A DNA stretch of 64,000 bases from Monocercomonoides exilis PA203. Taxonomy: Eukaryota; Protista; Preaxostyla. The DNA lies in contig LSRY02000001.1 of assembly GCA_001643675.2 (NCBI GenBank), positions 62,001-126,000 of the forward strand, given 5' to 3'. Within the stretch, counting starts at the first letter, position 1. Each line of letters starts with the position of its first letter. The notes under the pieces were generated by a model. It was not told where the DNA came from and did not search any database. It saw only the letters and a list, made by a program, of their open reading frames with translations. This document shows, piece after piece, positions 47,401 to 60,711 of this stretch. Position numbers and translations under genes: made by a program.

Positions 47401-48027
47401 TTCACTAATTCACAAAATGTCACATTATAATGCTCAAACAATTAAACTCCTAAGAAATTCATTTATTCCTTCTTGATTCATTTTTCACTTAATTTATTAT
47501 TCTTCCTGCAATTCATATAAAATCAAAGCAAGATCATTGTGCCCACTTTTTTCATTTTCTATTAATTACTCTATTTTTAAAATGATTATCCACAAAACAC
47601 ATTTAACAATAAAACATATAACGTCAACTCCTCTCTTTGTTATTGTTTTTTAAATTGCATTTTTTTCTTTTTGAAAAAAGAAAAGAAAAAGAAAAAGAAA
47701 AAGAGAAAAAGAAAAAAAGAAAGGAAAGAATTACAACCAGCGAAAAATGCAATGAAGATTTCTTAGAAAAAAAACAGGATTGATCAGAATTATTTGAAAA
47801 GAAAACAAACAATTCAGAAATAAAAACTAATTTTTTTTTATTTTCGGAAAAGAATTTGGACAAAAGAGTTGAATGAACAAAATAACATCAAAAATTTAAC
47901 ACTTTTCTCAACAGTTTCTTTAATATGATTTCAGCATGTTGAAAATCCTGATAACTACTCATTAAAATGAAAGCATAAAGAAGCAACGAAAAGTAAATAC
48001 AGATGCATTCATTTGCAGAAAACCGGG

Positions 48028-48034
48028 AGGGAGG

Positions 48035-48081
<47 letters not shown>
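48028..48081. repeat. (GA)n microsatellite between divergent genes
   Basis: Read directly from the sequence. Confidence 0.95.
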
Positions 48082-48085
<4 letters not shown>

Positions 48086-48398
48086 GAAATATTTGTATTA
48101 AAACAATTCCTCACTTTTCAAATGACAAAATCATATCAAAATCTTTTTTTCAAGGAGTAAATTGCAAATTATATTCATTTGTTAAAAAAATTATTAATGA
48201 AGCAGTACCAGTTGTTTTTAAAAATGAAATTCAATCAAAATAAAAAAAGGAAAAATAACATTCATTTTTATAAAACAGTACTCCTTCTAATTCAAAATTT
48301 TCCAACACAAGTATAAAGATTTATCTTAACGATATTAAAAAATTAATTATTTTTTCTTAAATGCTTTTTCATAAACACCTTTCACTTTTCATTATTTA

Positions 48399-51300
48399 AT
48401 GAAAGTTTTGTGGCAAAAAGGAAAATACATACTGTTGTCCCACAAAATGGCAAAATTTTTGTCCATTGTTCAATCTTTTTTTTCTCAAAGCATACAAGAT
48501 GATCCAACAAGTGTGGCAAGAAAAGTTGCAGAAGAATCTATAAAAGCTACGTTCAATGATGTTTATGAATCCGTGAATGTCGCTTTTTCTGTTCTGAAAA
48601 CATTGAATCATATAAATGAATCTTCACCAATTCCCCTTTCTTTAATTTCTCCACTTTGGATTGACGTTTCATTACATCTCATAAGGGATTTGTTTGGGCG
48701 TGAAGAGTTTACAAATTCTTTGCAAACAAATAATGAAATTGTCAAAACTATCGAGCATTGCTTTTTTACGGTTTGCACCCAAATATTTAGTGTAATTAAT
48801 TCTTTTCCTAACTACAGTGCAATTTTATCACGTTCAGAGCTCTTGAAGTGTACTGCAATTTCGAATTTGAGAAACAAAAGATTTCTTCAACTTCATCTGC
48901 TGATAATTTAAGTGATAACCCATACAACCAATTTCTTTCGAGCACTTACCAAATATCTTTTTTTCTTATTGAGATTGTTCGTCAACTTCCGTTTTCATAC
49001 TTCACCGACACAAATCAACTGCTCACTTTTTCAAGTGCCAATACAATTCTTCGATTTTTTGATAAATCTGCCCCTAACCAGAGTGCTACTCTGCAAATAC
49101 ATTTCATTATTTTTTGTCTTCGGTTCCTGATTTTGTATCAGAATTCTGAAAGCCGTCTGTCCGCTTTTCGCATTTCACCACCAAATTTTATACAACTTAT
49201 AAAAAGCATAAAACCGTTAAAGTCTCAGGTAGCTGGAATGGTTGCAGAAGCAATCAAAAACAACGAATTCCACGAAGACTCCGTCTGCTCTCTTCTGAAG
49301 CACTGCCTGTGCTGGGTGCAGTCGTTGACCAGCAGCAGTGCCTCTGCTTCTCCCCCACCCGAAATCTCATTAAAGTTGCAAAGACACAACTCAATCGCCT
49401 CCTCACAGCCTGCTCTGTATCTTTTTGAGTGTGTCCGGCCAGACTCCCTTTCGGGCGTGTGGAAAGGGATGAAGGACATCATCGACAGCTGCGCGGCCGC
49501 TCTGCAGAATTCCCCCGCTCATCTGCGCTGGGCCGGAGAAACGGAGAATTATTCGGCTGCTTCATGTGTTGTGGGCATTGTGGCTGAGCTGATTGAACAC
49601 ACGTCGCGTTGCTTTGCTGAGTTCTGGCACGCTTACTTGGCAAGCGAATTATCATCAACATCTTCCTCTTCCTCTTCTTCTCTTTCTTCTTCTCCTCCTC
49701 CCTCTTCTCCACCTTCCTCCTCCTCCTCTTCTTCTTCTTCCTCTGCTGCCCTGACAAAACTGTCCAAATTTGTTCGTTTTCTGTTCGTGATGAGCTGCAG
49801 CGCTGTCTCTTCTCTGTTTTCTGTGCCCTTTCTGTTCCATTCGCTGCTGCCTGTGCTGATGCGGCTGGTTGCTGTGATGATTGGAGCATTCGTGTCTGAC
49901 GCACATTCGGCTGAGAGAGGAGAGGAAGAAGAGAAAGAGAAGGAGAAGGAGAAAGAGAGAGAGAGAGAAAGAGAGAGAGGAAAAGAGAGAGGGAAATCAA
50001 TGTTTGCTTCACAAATGCAGGCTTATTCACAAAATTCTTCTTCTTCTTCTTCGCCTTCGCCTTCGCCTTCGCCTTCGATATCTTCATCAACAAAGCTGCT
50101 TGAAGATACAATGAAGAATGTGATTGACTCATTCAAAAAGACGATTCTGCCTCTTCTTCACAACAATCCTTCTTCTTCTTCTTCCTCTTCCTCTTCATCA
50201 TCATCTTCTTCTTCTTCAACTGAACAGAACTCATCAAACAACACATTCAATGACACTTCATTTACTTGTCCTATTTTATGCACAACATTATTTCAATCAT
50301 CTTTCTGTGCTTCTTCTTCTTCTTCTTCCTCTTCCTCATCTTCTCCTTCTTTCTCTCTTTCTCCTCTTCCTCTCAGCTCCACTTTCCACCTCTCTCCTTC
50401 TCGCTCTTATTCAGATGCTCTGCTCTTCTTCTTCTTCAATGAAATATTCACCATTTTGTGTTGTCATCCTGCAAATGACACGAAAAATGAAAGAAAGGAA
50501 AGGAAAAACAAAGAAGAAGAAGAAGAAGAAGAAAATGATGATGATGAAGAGAAATTTACAGAAGATAAAGAAAATAAAGATAAAAAAGAAGAATATGTAA
50601 ATTCTTCTGTTCTATCTATTTTAATGAAAAGAGAATGCATTCACTATCCAGTTATGTTTATGAGGAGGTTTGAGGAAGAGGCGTTGAAGGGATATTTGAA
50701 AGGGAAAAGAAGAAATGGAAGAGAAGAAGAAGAAGCTGATGATGATTTTTATTTATCCAATGAATTTTGGAGTGGATTGCATATACCTCAACATAATCAT
50801 CTATCAAAAACATTTTCTTCTTCTACTTCCTCCTCCTCCTCTTCTTCTTCTTCCTCTTCTTCTCCTCTCCCTCACATTCTATTTCATATGCCCCATCTTT
50901 CTTCTCTCCTCTCCCTCACTCCTTGTTCCTATCTGTCTGGCCTCTTCTTCTTCTGCTGCATCTCTTTCTGCTATGACATTCCCTCTAATCCAACTCCTTT
51001 CGTTTCTCTAACTCCTTCTCTTACTCCTCCAATCATTGAATATAAACAATATAAATCACAAAATTCAGTTATTTCTTCTTCTTCTTCTTCTTCTTCTTCT
51101 CTTTCTTCTTCTTCTTCTCCCTCTTCTTCTCCCTCTTCTTCTCCCTCTTCTCCCTTCCTCTTCCATTCATTGGATGATTTCTGTTCTCTTCGAACTGTTC
51201 TGTCTTCTGCTCTCATCGCCTTCTCTTCTCTTTCTCCTCTTTTCTTCTCAACCACCCCTTCCTTCAGCATCTTCACCACTCTCAGCAGTTTATTCTCTTC

Positions 51301-54300
51301 TCCTCCTCCTCCTCCTCCTCCTCCTCCTCCTTCTTCTTCTTCTTCTTCTCTTTCTTCCTCTTCTTCTTCCTCTTCTCCTCCTTCGTTCCTCTTCCTCTTC
51401 CTCTCCTCTTCTGTCCTCTATCTTTCTGCTCATCCTGGCAATGATGCTGAAGAATGGCTCTTTTCTATTCTGATTGATCCTTCATTGGCTGCCTCTTACT
51501 CTGCCATTGCAATTGAGAGAATGGCTGAAAGAATAAGATGTGATACAAACATTGATACTTCTACTTCTTCTTCTTCTCATTCTTCTTCTTCTAGTTCTTC
51601 TTCTTCATTAACACTTTCTTCTTCCTCCTCCTCCTCTTCATCTTCTTCCATTCCATCTTCCCTCCCCCACCCCCTCTTACCTCCTCTCGTCCTCCACCCC
51701 CCTCCTCTCCTCCGCACTCTCATTTCTCTTCTCTTCGCTTCTCTCCTTCACATCACACCACAGCGATTGATGACACCTTCCCCTCCTCTCGTCTCTTACT
51801 CTCCTCTCCTTCATCTCCTTCTCTTTGTGCTTTCCCTGCTGTTGGGCGTGACTATCAGTGATAATGACAATTCAATGGGGAATTCTTCGTCTTCATCTTC
51901 TTCTTCCTCTTCCTCCTCTTCTTCTTCTTTGAATGCTGATGATGGCAGAGGAAGAGGAGATGGAAGAAGACTGAGCGATCAAAGACTCCACAGATTGCAT
52001 TCACCTTCTCCTTCCTCTTCTCCTTCTCCTTCTCCTTCCTCTTCTCCCTCTTTATCATCATCATCATCATCTTCTTCTTCTTCTTCTTCTTCTTACAATG
52101 CTCACACTTATTCTCTATTTACAAGATATGTGGATGTCTTCAAGATATCTCCTCTCTTCCACAATCTTCAACCATTCAGATTTTATTCTTCTTCTTCTTC
52201 TTCTTCTTCTTCAGAAGCATATGATGTTACTTCTCTTGTCTTCTCTATGCAACACTTGCACACTTCAATCAATTCTTCTTCCTCTTCCATCTCTTCTCCA
52301 TCTTCGTCTTCTTCCACATCATCATCATCATCTCCTTCTTCTTCCTCTTCTTCCATTTCTTTCGATTCCTCTTCTCTTTCTCTTCATCTCCACCATCTCT
52401 TCAACTCTCTCTTGTTCATCCTCCAATCAACTGCTCATCTGCTTCCCCCAGAAGTCTTCCCTTTCCTCTCCAATTTCGTATTCACTTCACACTCTTTCCT
52501 TGTTATTCCTCCTGATTCTGTTCCTTCTTCTTCTTCTTCCTCTTCCTTTTCTTCTTCCTCTTCTTCTTCTTATCCTTCTTATCCTTCTCCTTCTTCCCTT
52601 GCCTTGCTCTCTTCTTTCTCCTCCTCTTTCCTCTTCTCCTCTTCTCCTGCCTCTCGTCTTCTTCAGCTTTTGCCTCTATCCAAATGGCCAGCAATGGAAA
52701 AAGCACAATTGTCTAATAGCTCAACCTCTCCTTCTCGTGCTATTGTGGAATGGCTGAGTGTGAATCCTTCTTCTTCTTCTTCTTCTTCCTCTTCCTCTTC
52801 CTCCTCTTCTTCTGCAGGGTCACAAATGAGTAATACAAAGGAAGAGAACGAAGAAGAACAAAGACATTGGAGAAGAAGAGCTTTTCTTCCTCCTTTCTCC
52901 ACTTCTTCATCTTTCTCGCCTCCTTCTTCTTCTTCTTCCTCCTCCTCCTCCTCTTCTTCTCAACAGCCTCAGCTGCTGCAGCCTTCTTCTCTTCCTCAGA
53001 TTCCACTTGAGCAGCTCATATCAACAGCAGTGGTTGTTGTAAAGGCATATTCTGAAGTGTCTAATGAAGAGGCAGGTGTGTGGCTGAGAGAGTGGGGGAA
53101 GATTGGAATGAAGGAGAAGAAGAGGAAGGGAGAAGGAGGAGAAGGAGGGGAAGAGGAAGAGGAAGAAGATGATGATAGTGAAGATGATTTGGATGAAGAA
53201 TCAGATACAGATGAATATTTTAGCAGCGAAAGAAAAAGCAAAAGCAGAAGAACAAGTAAAAATACAGACAATACAATGGAGAATAAACATGGATCGATAA
53301 AATCATCACAAAACCCACAAATATCTCAAACATCTTCCAATTCATCTTTCTCTTCTTCTCCTCCTCCTTCTCCTTCTTCAATTTCTTCAACAGCCTCATC
53401 TGACAAGCTGTGTGAAACTGGCGTTCCTCTCATTCTCTCCTGTCTGTTCTGTCTGGATTCTTTGCTCTCCTTTGGGAAGAAAGAGGGGACTAAAAGAATG
53501 GTGAAGGAGAAGACAGCATATGAGCTGTTGAGTGTGGTGCAGAAGCTGATCAGCAGAGGATGGAGACATCCATTTGCAGAGGGGGCAGTGAAGGCGACGA
53601 GGAGAAAGATGAAAGTGGAGATGATGATGAGGAAGAAGAAGAAGGAGAAGGAGAGAAAGAGGAGAATGGAGGAGGAGAGGGAGAAGGAGATGAGAATGGA
53701 GATGGAAGAAGAACAAGGAGAAGGAGAAGAAAGCGGAAAAAAGAAAGAAGAGAAAGAAGCGAAAGATGAATGTTACAAGTTGAGCAGAAAAGATTGGCTG
53801 AAGTTAGTTGTTTTTGAGTTGCATCGGAGAATTCTGAAGATCAGTGTGGATGTTATTGGAGAATGGGGAAGCTCATTCTTTCCTTCTTCTTCTCCCTCCT
53901 CTTCTTCATCCTCTTCTTCCTCTCCTCCTTCTGCAAATGCTGTGATTGCCCCCATCTTCCAGTCATCCTCAGCAAGTGTTGACAGCGATCAGCTCATTGT
54001 GGATGTGCTGAATGCAATGCCTTCTTTGCTTGCTCCTCCTCAAAAACCAATTTTCACTTCAAAAAAGTCAAACTTCTCGTTTGATGGTGAAGGGAAAGAT
54101 GGAGAGCTGTTCTTGATTCGAAGAACTTCTTCTTCTTCTTCCTTTTCTTCTTCCTCTTCTTCTTCTTTATTCTTTTCTGAACCTCTTCTTTCTCCTGTTC
54201 CTGTTCTTCTTCTCCTCAAAAAGCTATCAACATGCTTGCCTCATCCAAACAATGGGTCGTCATTTGCTGTTGCCTTTTCCACAACACTTGCTTTGTGTAT

Positions 54301-55570
54301 TCAGGTAGTGGAGAAGACATCTTGTAATAATAATAATGCAATAGAAATGGATGCTTATTCTTCTCCTTTGATGTCATCTTCTGTTTCTATTCCAAAAAGC
54401 AAAGAATATGGCTATGCGTTGTGTGTCAATGTTCTTCTATACATCTTGAGACATTCATGCATTACCTCAAATATTCTGTTACATGCAATTGCAAGCTCTT
54501 ATTCTTCTTCCTCTTCCTCTTCCACCTCTCCTTCCTCAACCACTTCACCTCCTTCTCAAATACCATCTGTCATCTTCATTGTGAAGAGGATGCTCCAAGA
54601 CAAACAATATTTCCTGTCTGAAGCAGCCAAGCGAGGCATGGGCTGGATGAAGAAAGCGGAGAAATACGAAAAGAACGAGAAAGCGCAGAAGAGGAAGGAG
54701 AATGGAGAGAATGAAAACGGCACACAAAACTTGCTTGGTGAAAAGAACGATGAAGCGAGTGGAAGGAGAAAGATGCGCAAGAGCCAGCAAATAATCTCTG
54801 ATGACAAAGATGAAGAGGGAGGAATAGGGGAAAATGGAGGAGAAAGGAAGAAAAAGGGTAATGATGCTGATGCTGCTGATGTGGATGGTGAAGACTCAAA
54901 GACAAGTCAATCAGGATTGCTGGAGAGCGAGCCATCTTCTTTTGCTTCGAGCAGAGGAGTGAGTGAATCACAAAGGAATGACGATGAGAAAGACGAAGAA
55001 GTTGTCAGCTTCTTCAATGAGATTAGCAGAAGGCAGCGTAACAACAAGCAGAGTAACAGCAACTTCTCTTCTTTGGAAGCCAAACGGAAGCGGGTGCTGT
55101 TCAATGCTGACCACATGTGCAAAGACGTTGAGTGGAAGTGGCTGAGGCCGATGGAACTGAAAGGGGAGTTAGGAAAGGGAGCATTATCTTCTCCATCACA
55201 ATCACAGTCACAATCACCTTCTTCTATTTCTTCTTCTTCTTCTTCACTTCAACCAGAAGACTCTTCCAATTCCACATCCGCTGACACTTCATCCCACGAG
55301 CAGGCCATCCACGACGAGTTCGCGTTCTCTTCTCCTCTTCTCTCCTCTTCTCTTTCCGACTTCCCTTCCTCGCTTGATGCTGGCTCTCCCTTTAAGCTCC
55401 CAACAGACAGCAATTCGAAGTACGTTTCGCAGCTGGATGAGCTGAAACACTTCATTTCATCACTTCGTATGAGAGAAATCGACAGCGACGCCTCAGCTGA
55501 GGAGAGGCAGGTTGTGCTGCAGATCAAAGAGAAGCTGAGGGAGATCAACGAATTGATATTGCAGATGTAG
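48399..55570 (+). CDS. Very large (~2370 aa) poly-serine/low-complexity hypothetical protein, one predicted intron (48771-48817)
   Basis: ORFs 48399-48911 and 48848-55570 join in frame via a 47-nt GTTTGC...CTAACTACAG intron. Many TCT/TCC runs and Glu/Lys tracts. Confidence 0.85.
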
Positions 55571-55879
55571 TTGTTGGGTCTTTCAATTATTCACAACTCT
55601 ATTTATTTTTTACTGTTTTTGTTTGGCATTTCTTTATTTTTTTCATCATAAACTCAATGAAACTTGCGTTCTCTGATAATTCACGCAAATACATTTCATC
55701 ATTTTCTCTTTTTATTTATTCCAATAAAAAAAGAAACAGCAATTTCTATTCCTTTTTTGAATTTTTACTTTGAGCTTGAACTATCATTATGTTTGAAGTG
55801 GAAGATATTTCCTTTGATTTTAAAAAAAATAGAATAGACAAAAACAAAAAATAAGCATATTTTTGAAATCTCTAAATTG

Positions 55880-56548
55880 TTACTTTGTGCCAATAATCTT
55901 AATCATTACTCTTTTTCTTCTTTTCCCATCAAATTCACCTTTATCATGAAAATTATTTTTGAATATCATAGAAATTTACATGAATATAAAACCAAAATTA
56001 GTTTATACAAACCGTAGAAAATTTGTTCCCATGGGCCAAAATCAAGTCTTCCATTTGTTACAGCAACAACTGTTTCTCTTCCGAATAGTTGACGTCTGAT
56101 GTGTGCAGAACCATTTTCTTCTCCAGAATCATTGTGCTTGTATTGAGAGGGATCCCATGGGACAATTCTCTCCAAAAATTGAGCAAAATCTTGATGAAGT
56201 CCTCTTTCATCATCGTTAATAAAAACTCTTTATTATATGAAATAATTCAATCATTTTTGCATGTATTTTATTGAAAAAAGTGAAATTTTCTTCGCATACG
56301 ATGCAGTTATATGCATTGCGTTAACCAGGCACAGTCCTTCTCTAATTCCACTTTCCCTTAAAGCGGCTTCAACTTGCGGAGTTATGTTGATGAATTCTGA
56401 AAAGCTCAAAGTGAAATTTTTTATCATTTATTTTTTTGCAAACCTTGACGATGAGAAGTCGCAAATGTTAGCTCTTTTTTGTATGACTTAAAAATTAATA
56501 TTTGTTTTGTTTCAAACGCAAAATATCAAAAAAATTGCACACAGTCAT
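55880..56548 (-). CDS. yjbQ: YjbQ/UPF0047 family protein (secondary thiamine-phosphate synthase), five exons
   Basis: Spliced translation [119 protein letters not shown]. Confidence 0.93.
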
Positions 56549-56618
56549 CACTGGGGTTGGTTCTGCCATTTGATCTGTTGCCAATATATTTAACTTTGAG
56601 CATAAAATTTCTTAATCA

Positions 56619-57301
56619 ATGTTTTTTAATTCTTCAAAAGAGAAAAAGTCAAAATACCTTAAACTTTTTGGAACCGTTTTTTCAGGAGCGTTATTTACTG
56701 CTGGACTTTGGCTATTTATTGACGGTTTGAATATTTTAACGATTTTGATAAAGAAACTTGTCTTTTTCATGTTTTCTATTTTTTGCAGGAGCTTATGCAA
56801 AAATTGGACACAAAATGCAAGCTCCTGGATATGTTGCATTCATATTTACCGCATTGGCTGGAATATTGTGTGCCAAAGATTAAAAATTATAGTTAATTCT
56901 TAATTCTATCTCTGATGCATTTATTTTAGATTGAATTTCTTAAATTGGGTTTGAACAGCATTTAAAATAATATTTCTAATTATTTATCGTTTTCTTTCAC
57001 TTTGTTCATTGAAAGTCAACTGTTGCTGGAACAAATGATGATTCTCCATTACAAAAGGGGATTGCTCGAATTCTCTTTTTCACAACGATAGTTGTTATGA
57101 TTGGGTATGCACGTTTTTTATTGTTGCATTATGTTAATTTTTTTGTTAACAAGTGGTTTTGCTGGATCATTTTGCGTTATGTATTATGAATACATTGTGC
57201 CTTCATATGAGAATCGTCCAGGAGTCGAAATATTTCTATCTACAATTATAACTATAATTTCATTTGCTATTTTCAGATTTGTACGAACGGATACAGAGTA
57301 G
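56619..57301 (+). CDS. TMEM50/Vps68 (UPF0220) family membrane protein, multi-exon
   Basis: N-terminal VFSGALFTAGLWLFIDG and C-terminal PGVEIFLSTIITIISFAIFRFVRTDTE match the TMEM50/Vps68 pattern. Hydrophobic exons separated by short introns. Confidence 0.78.
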
Positions 57302-57723
57302 ATGACAAAATATTTCATTGAAATTCTTTTTTTTTTTTTCGTTTATTATTAGAGTTTTGGTATCATCTCCTAGTCAAGTCATTTTGAGATTTTATTTTTT
57401 ATCAAAGATATCTTTTTTTTTCCTTTTTTCCCAGAACTTTATAACCTTACACCTTAGTTTTTATTGTTGTTTGAGAATTTTATTTCATATTTTTATGAAA
57501 TATGCGATTTTTCTAAGAAAAATTTGTGTATTTTTTTTTATTTTTCAATATTCATTGCACAGGGGGGAAAAAATCGAGCAAAAGCATCGGATTTTTGCAA
57601 TAGATGGTGAAGTGGGGATATACACATTCACAAGAAAACCGTTGTAACAAATTTCACTCCATCAAGTGCATCATTATTCTACGTATCGCTCAGAATAAAA
57701 CAAAATATAAAAATTTCCAAATC

Positions 57724-58680
57724 TTATCCTTCTTCTTTCTCTCTCTCTCTCCTCTCTTCCCTTTCTGTACGAATCCTCTCCATTCTCTCTGCTCTTCCCA
57801 GAGCATCCATTCTGCGCTTCAGTAGCTGCTTCTCATTCATCAGCCCTTCTTTATCCAGCTTCCATCTTCTTCTCACCTCAGCCTCCTTTTCCTTCAACGC
57901 CTCAATCTCGCTCTTCAGCTTCCCGATCTTCTCTTCTCCAACGCGCACCACGTTCATCGTGTGGGCTGTCTCAATTGCTCTTGCCTGCTCTTCTTCTTCA
58001 GCAATTTCTGCCTTCAGCTCTTTCACTTGATTTGCTGTCTGCGCTCTAAATGAGGTGACCATTCGAGATGTTGATGAGGTTATTTCACGTTGAATGGCTG
58101 TGATGTCGCGAGAAACTGCAGAGGAAGACTCTCTGAAAGAAAGTGAAAAGTGTTTTAATGAAATAATATTTGATCATTTGGAATGAAGTTCAACGCAAAA
58201 AAAGGATTAAATATTTTGTTTGAACATCATTTTAATAAGAACAAGATTGCATTAACAATAACAAACCTTAGCAATTCTCTTTCTTCAATCAAAGAACGCT
58301 GCTTTATCTGGAATGCCAATCGAGAACTCAAATATCCCTTTGTCTCTGACAAAAGCGCTTGTCTCAGGCTTTTTTCCTTTTCTGCTGCAGCCAATCTCTC
58401 TTTGCTGCAATTGTTCAAAGCAAATAAATGAACATTTATCAAATTTTTTTTAAAATAATTCGAAAAAGAATTGAGTATTAGTGTTAAAAGATGAAAATTG
58501 AAAAATATTTTTAACAGAAAATGATATTTGAAAATTCAAAAGATAAAAATAAAAACTCAAGACAAACTAATGCTTTTCAACGGCCTCTTCAATCTGATCT
58601 GCCAAAGCTCTTCTCTGTTGAATTAATGGAAGAGCAACTTTCTCAAAAGCTCGAAGCTGACAAAAATTTGAGTCATAGCA
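57724..58680 (-). CDS. Multi-exon coiled-coil protein, possibly CCDC77-like
   Basis: Exon ORFs 57724-58130 and 58227-58400. LRQALLSETKGYL and RRRWKLDKEGLMNEKQLLKRRM weakly recall CCDC77 motifs. Start uncertain. Confidence 0.5.
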
Positions 58681-58779
58681 AGAATGCGAAAAAATAAAAA
58701 GTTAATTTCAAATTTAGAAAACAAATAAAGTTACGCAAGGAACAAATCCAATGTATTACCAATTTAATTTATTGTATTG

Positions 58780-60567
58780 CAATCCAATAAATAAATGCTT
58801 CAAACCTTTTCTTTTCTTGTTCTTTCGAGTTGAGCCAATTGATTCATCATCCTGTCATAATCATCGTCTGGAAGAAAATGACGAAAGTCCTCAGTCTAAA
58901 TCAAGCAAAGAAAATCAAACATATGAAATTCATTCACAAAAAAATTAATAATCATCAAAAATATACATTTATAAAAAATATGTTAGAAGATTATTCAGAT
59001 GCTCATATGTTCATTTATAAAACAAATAATTCAAAATAATTATACTTAACCAAAAAAGAGAATCTCATAACAAACATCTGAGGGAACAATAACTGGAGTT
59101 TGCTTCTTCAAATCTTTGATTGGTGTTTGCGAAGAGGATGAATTTGAAGACGAGCGTCTTGTCAGGTTAAATGTGGGTGTAGGAGTCTGATGTCTTTTTG
59201 AGGGAGTCAAAACAGAAGAAGAAGAAGAAGAAGAAGCTGAACGGGAATTGGTTGAGCGTGAAGTGTGTTGAGATGGTGATGTGTTCTGTGCAATCCGCAC
59301 TTTTTTGGATGATGTGAGTGTGTTTGGCATTCCAAATGGCTTTGGAGGCGGCTGCGTTCGCGGTCTTGGTGCAGCTGTGTCGTCTTCTTCTGCGTCATCT
59401 TGCAAAAGACCCGGTTCTCTAGCTTCTGATGGACTTTGAGCGTCTTCCATTTGTTGCTCGCGATCAGTATCTTCCTCTTCATCTTCTTCGTCTCCGTCAT
59501 CTTTTTCATTTTCAATTCTGTCATTCTGTGAACGACTCATTGCTAGAAGTATTTCTTGATCTTGTTGCTCCATCATCTCTCTCATTGCTTTCTCTCTCTT
59601 CATTTTCTCTCTCTGCTTTGGGGTAAAGCACTCAATTGGATTCATAGTTTCGCGTAGTGGACGAGGGGGCGTATACTTTTTCCTCCGTTTTTCATTTTCC
59701 ATGTCTTTCTCATATTTTTCTTCCATTTTTCTTTTCACAAAAGAAGACGAAGGAGTGCGCATAGCTGCATCTTCCAATTCTTCTGCTCTGTTACGTGGAG
59801 GCGTTTTCTCTCCAAGAACTCCTCGGCGACGAAGCCTTCCAACAATTGATGGTTGTAGAAAAGGCTCTGGTTGGTCGACTAGAGTTGTTTTTGTTGGAAG
59901 GGGTAGAACAGAATGAATCATTGCTCCTGGGAATCGAAATGAAAAATAGCATTTTGAATATATGCAAAGTCTTTAATATGAACGCTTGAAAAATACCTTC
60001 TTCATCATATCCAAATGCATTAATATCACCTCCTCCCGTCGAACCCTTTGGTCCCTTTCGAACCCCTAAACTTGCTAATGTATTTCCAGCTGGGCGAGCC
60101 GCTGCAAGCAGTCTTCCAAGTTTTGTTCTATTTTCCAGAACTTTTCCTAAAATACACAAAACTTTGCTAAATAATTCTAAGTGGATGTTGTATTCAAACC
60201 TTTTAATCTCGAATTATCTCCTTTAATCTCGAGAACAGTACGCTTCTGTTCAAAGTCATTCAATTTCAGTTCATTGGATTTCATTAAAAGAGTTGTAATC
60301 TCTTTTTCCTTTTCAATGCATTCTAATTCTCTTCCATAATTTTCATCAATAAGATGTTGTAACATATCAAATCGAAGAAGAAAAACTGCTCGTTCTTCTT
60401 CATAGTCGACTGTTTCGCAAAAGTATAAATATATGATTGTCGATGCATATTAACAGTTAATCATCATAAATAATTGAAATAATGTTTTATTATTTAACGC
60501 AAGTAGCCAAACCTAAACGACTTCTGAAATGATGAACAAGCGCTTCGGAATATGGCTCGTTTTCCAT
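58780..60567 (-). CDS. Multi-exon hypothetical protein with a helical N-terminus and a disordered S/T-P-rich body
   Basis: ATG 60567 (MENEPYSEALVHHFRSRL). Exons within ORFs 60177-60365, 59791-60159 and 59046-59921, plus an exon at ~58806-58890. 3' end uncertain. Confidence 0.65.
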
Positions 60568-60711
60568 TTCAAATGTGATCTAACCCATAGCAAAATAAAT
60601 TTGATTTTTATTATTATTCAAACTTTTACTAATAATTGAAAAGAATTTCTAATCATGCAGTGGAAAATTAACATAAAAAAATAAGTGGAATGGAAAATGA
60701 CATGATTGCCT

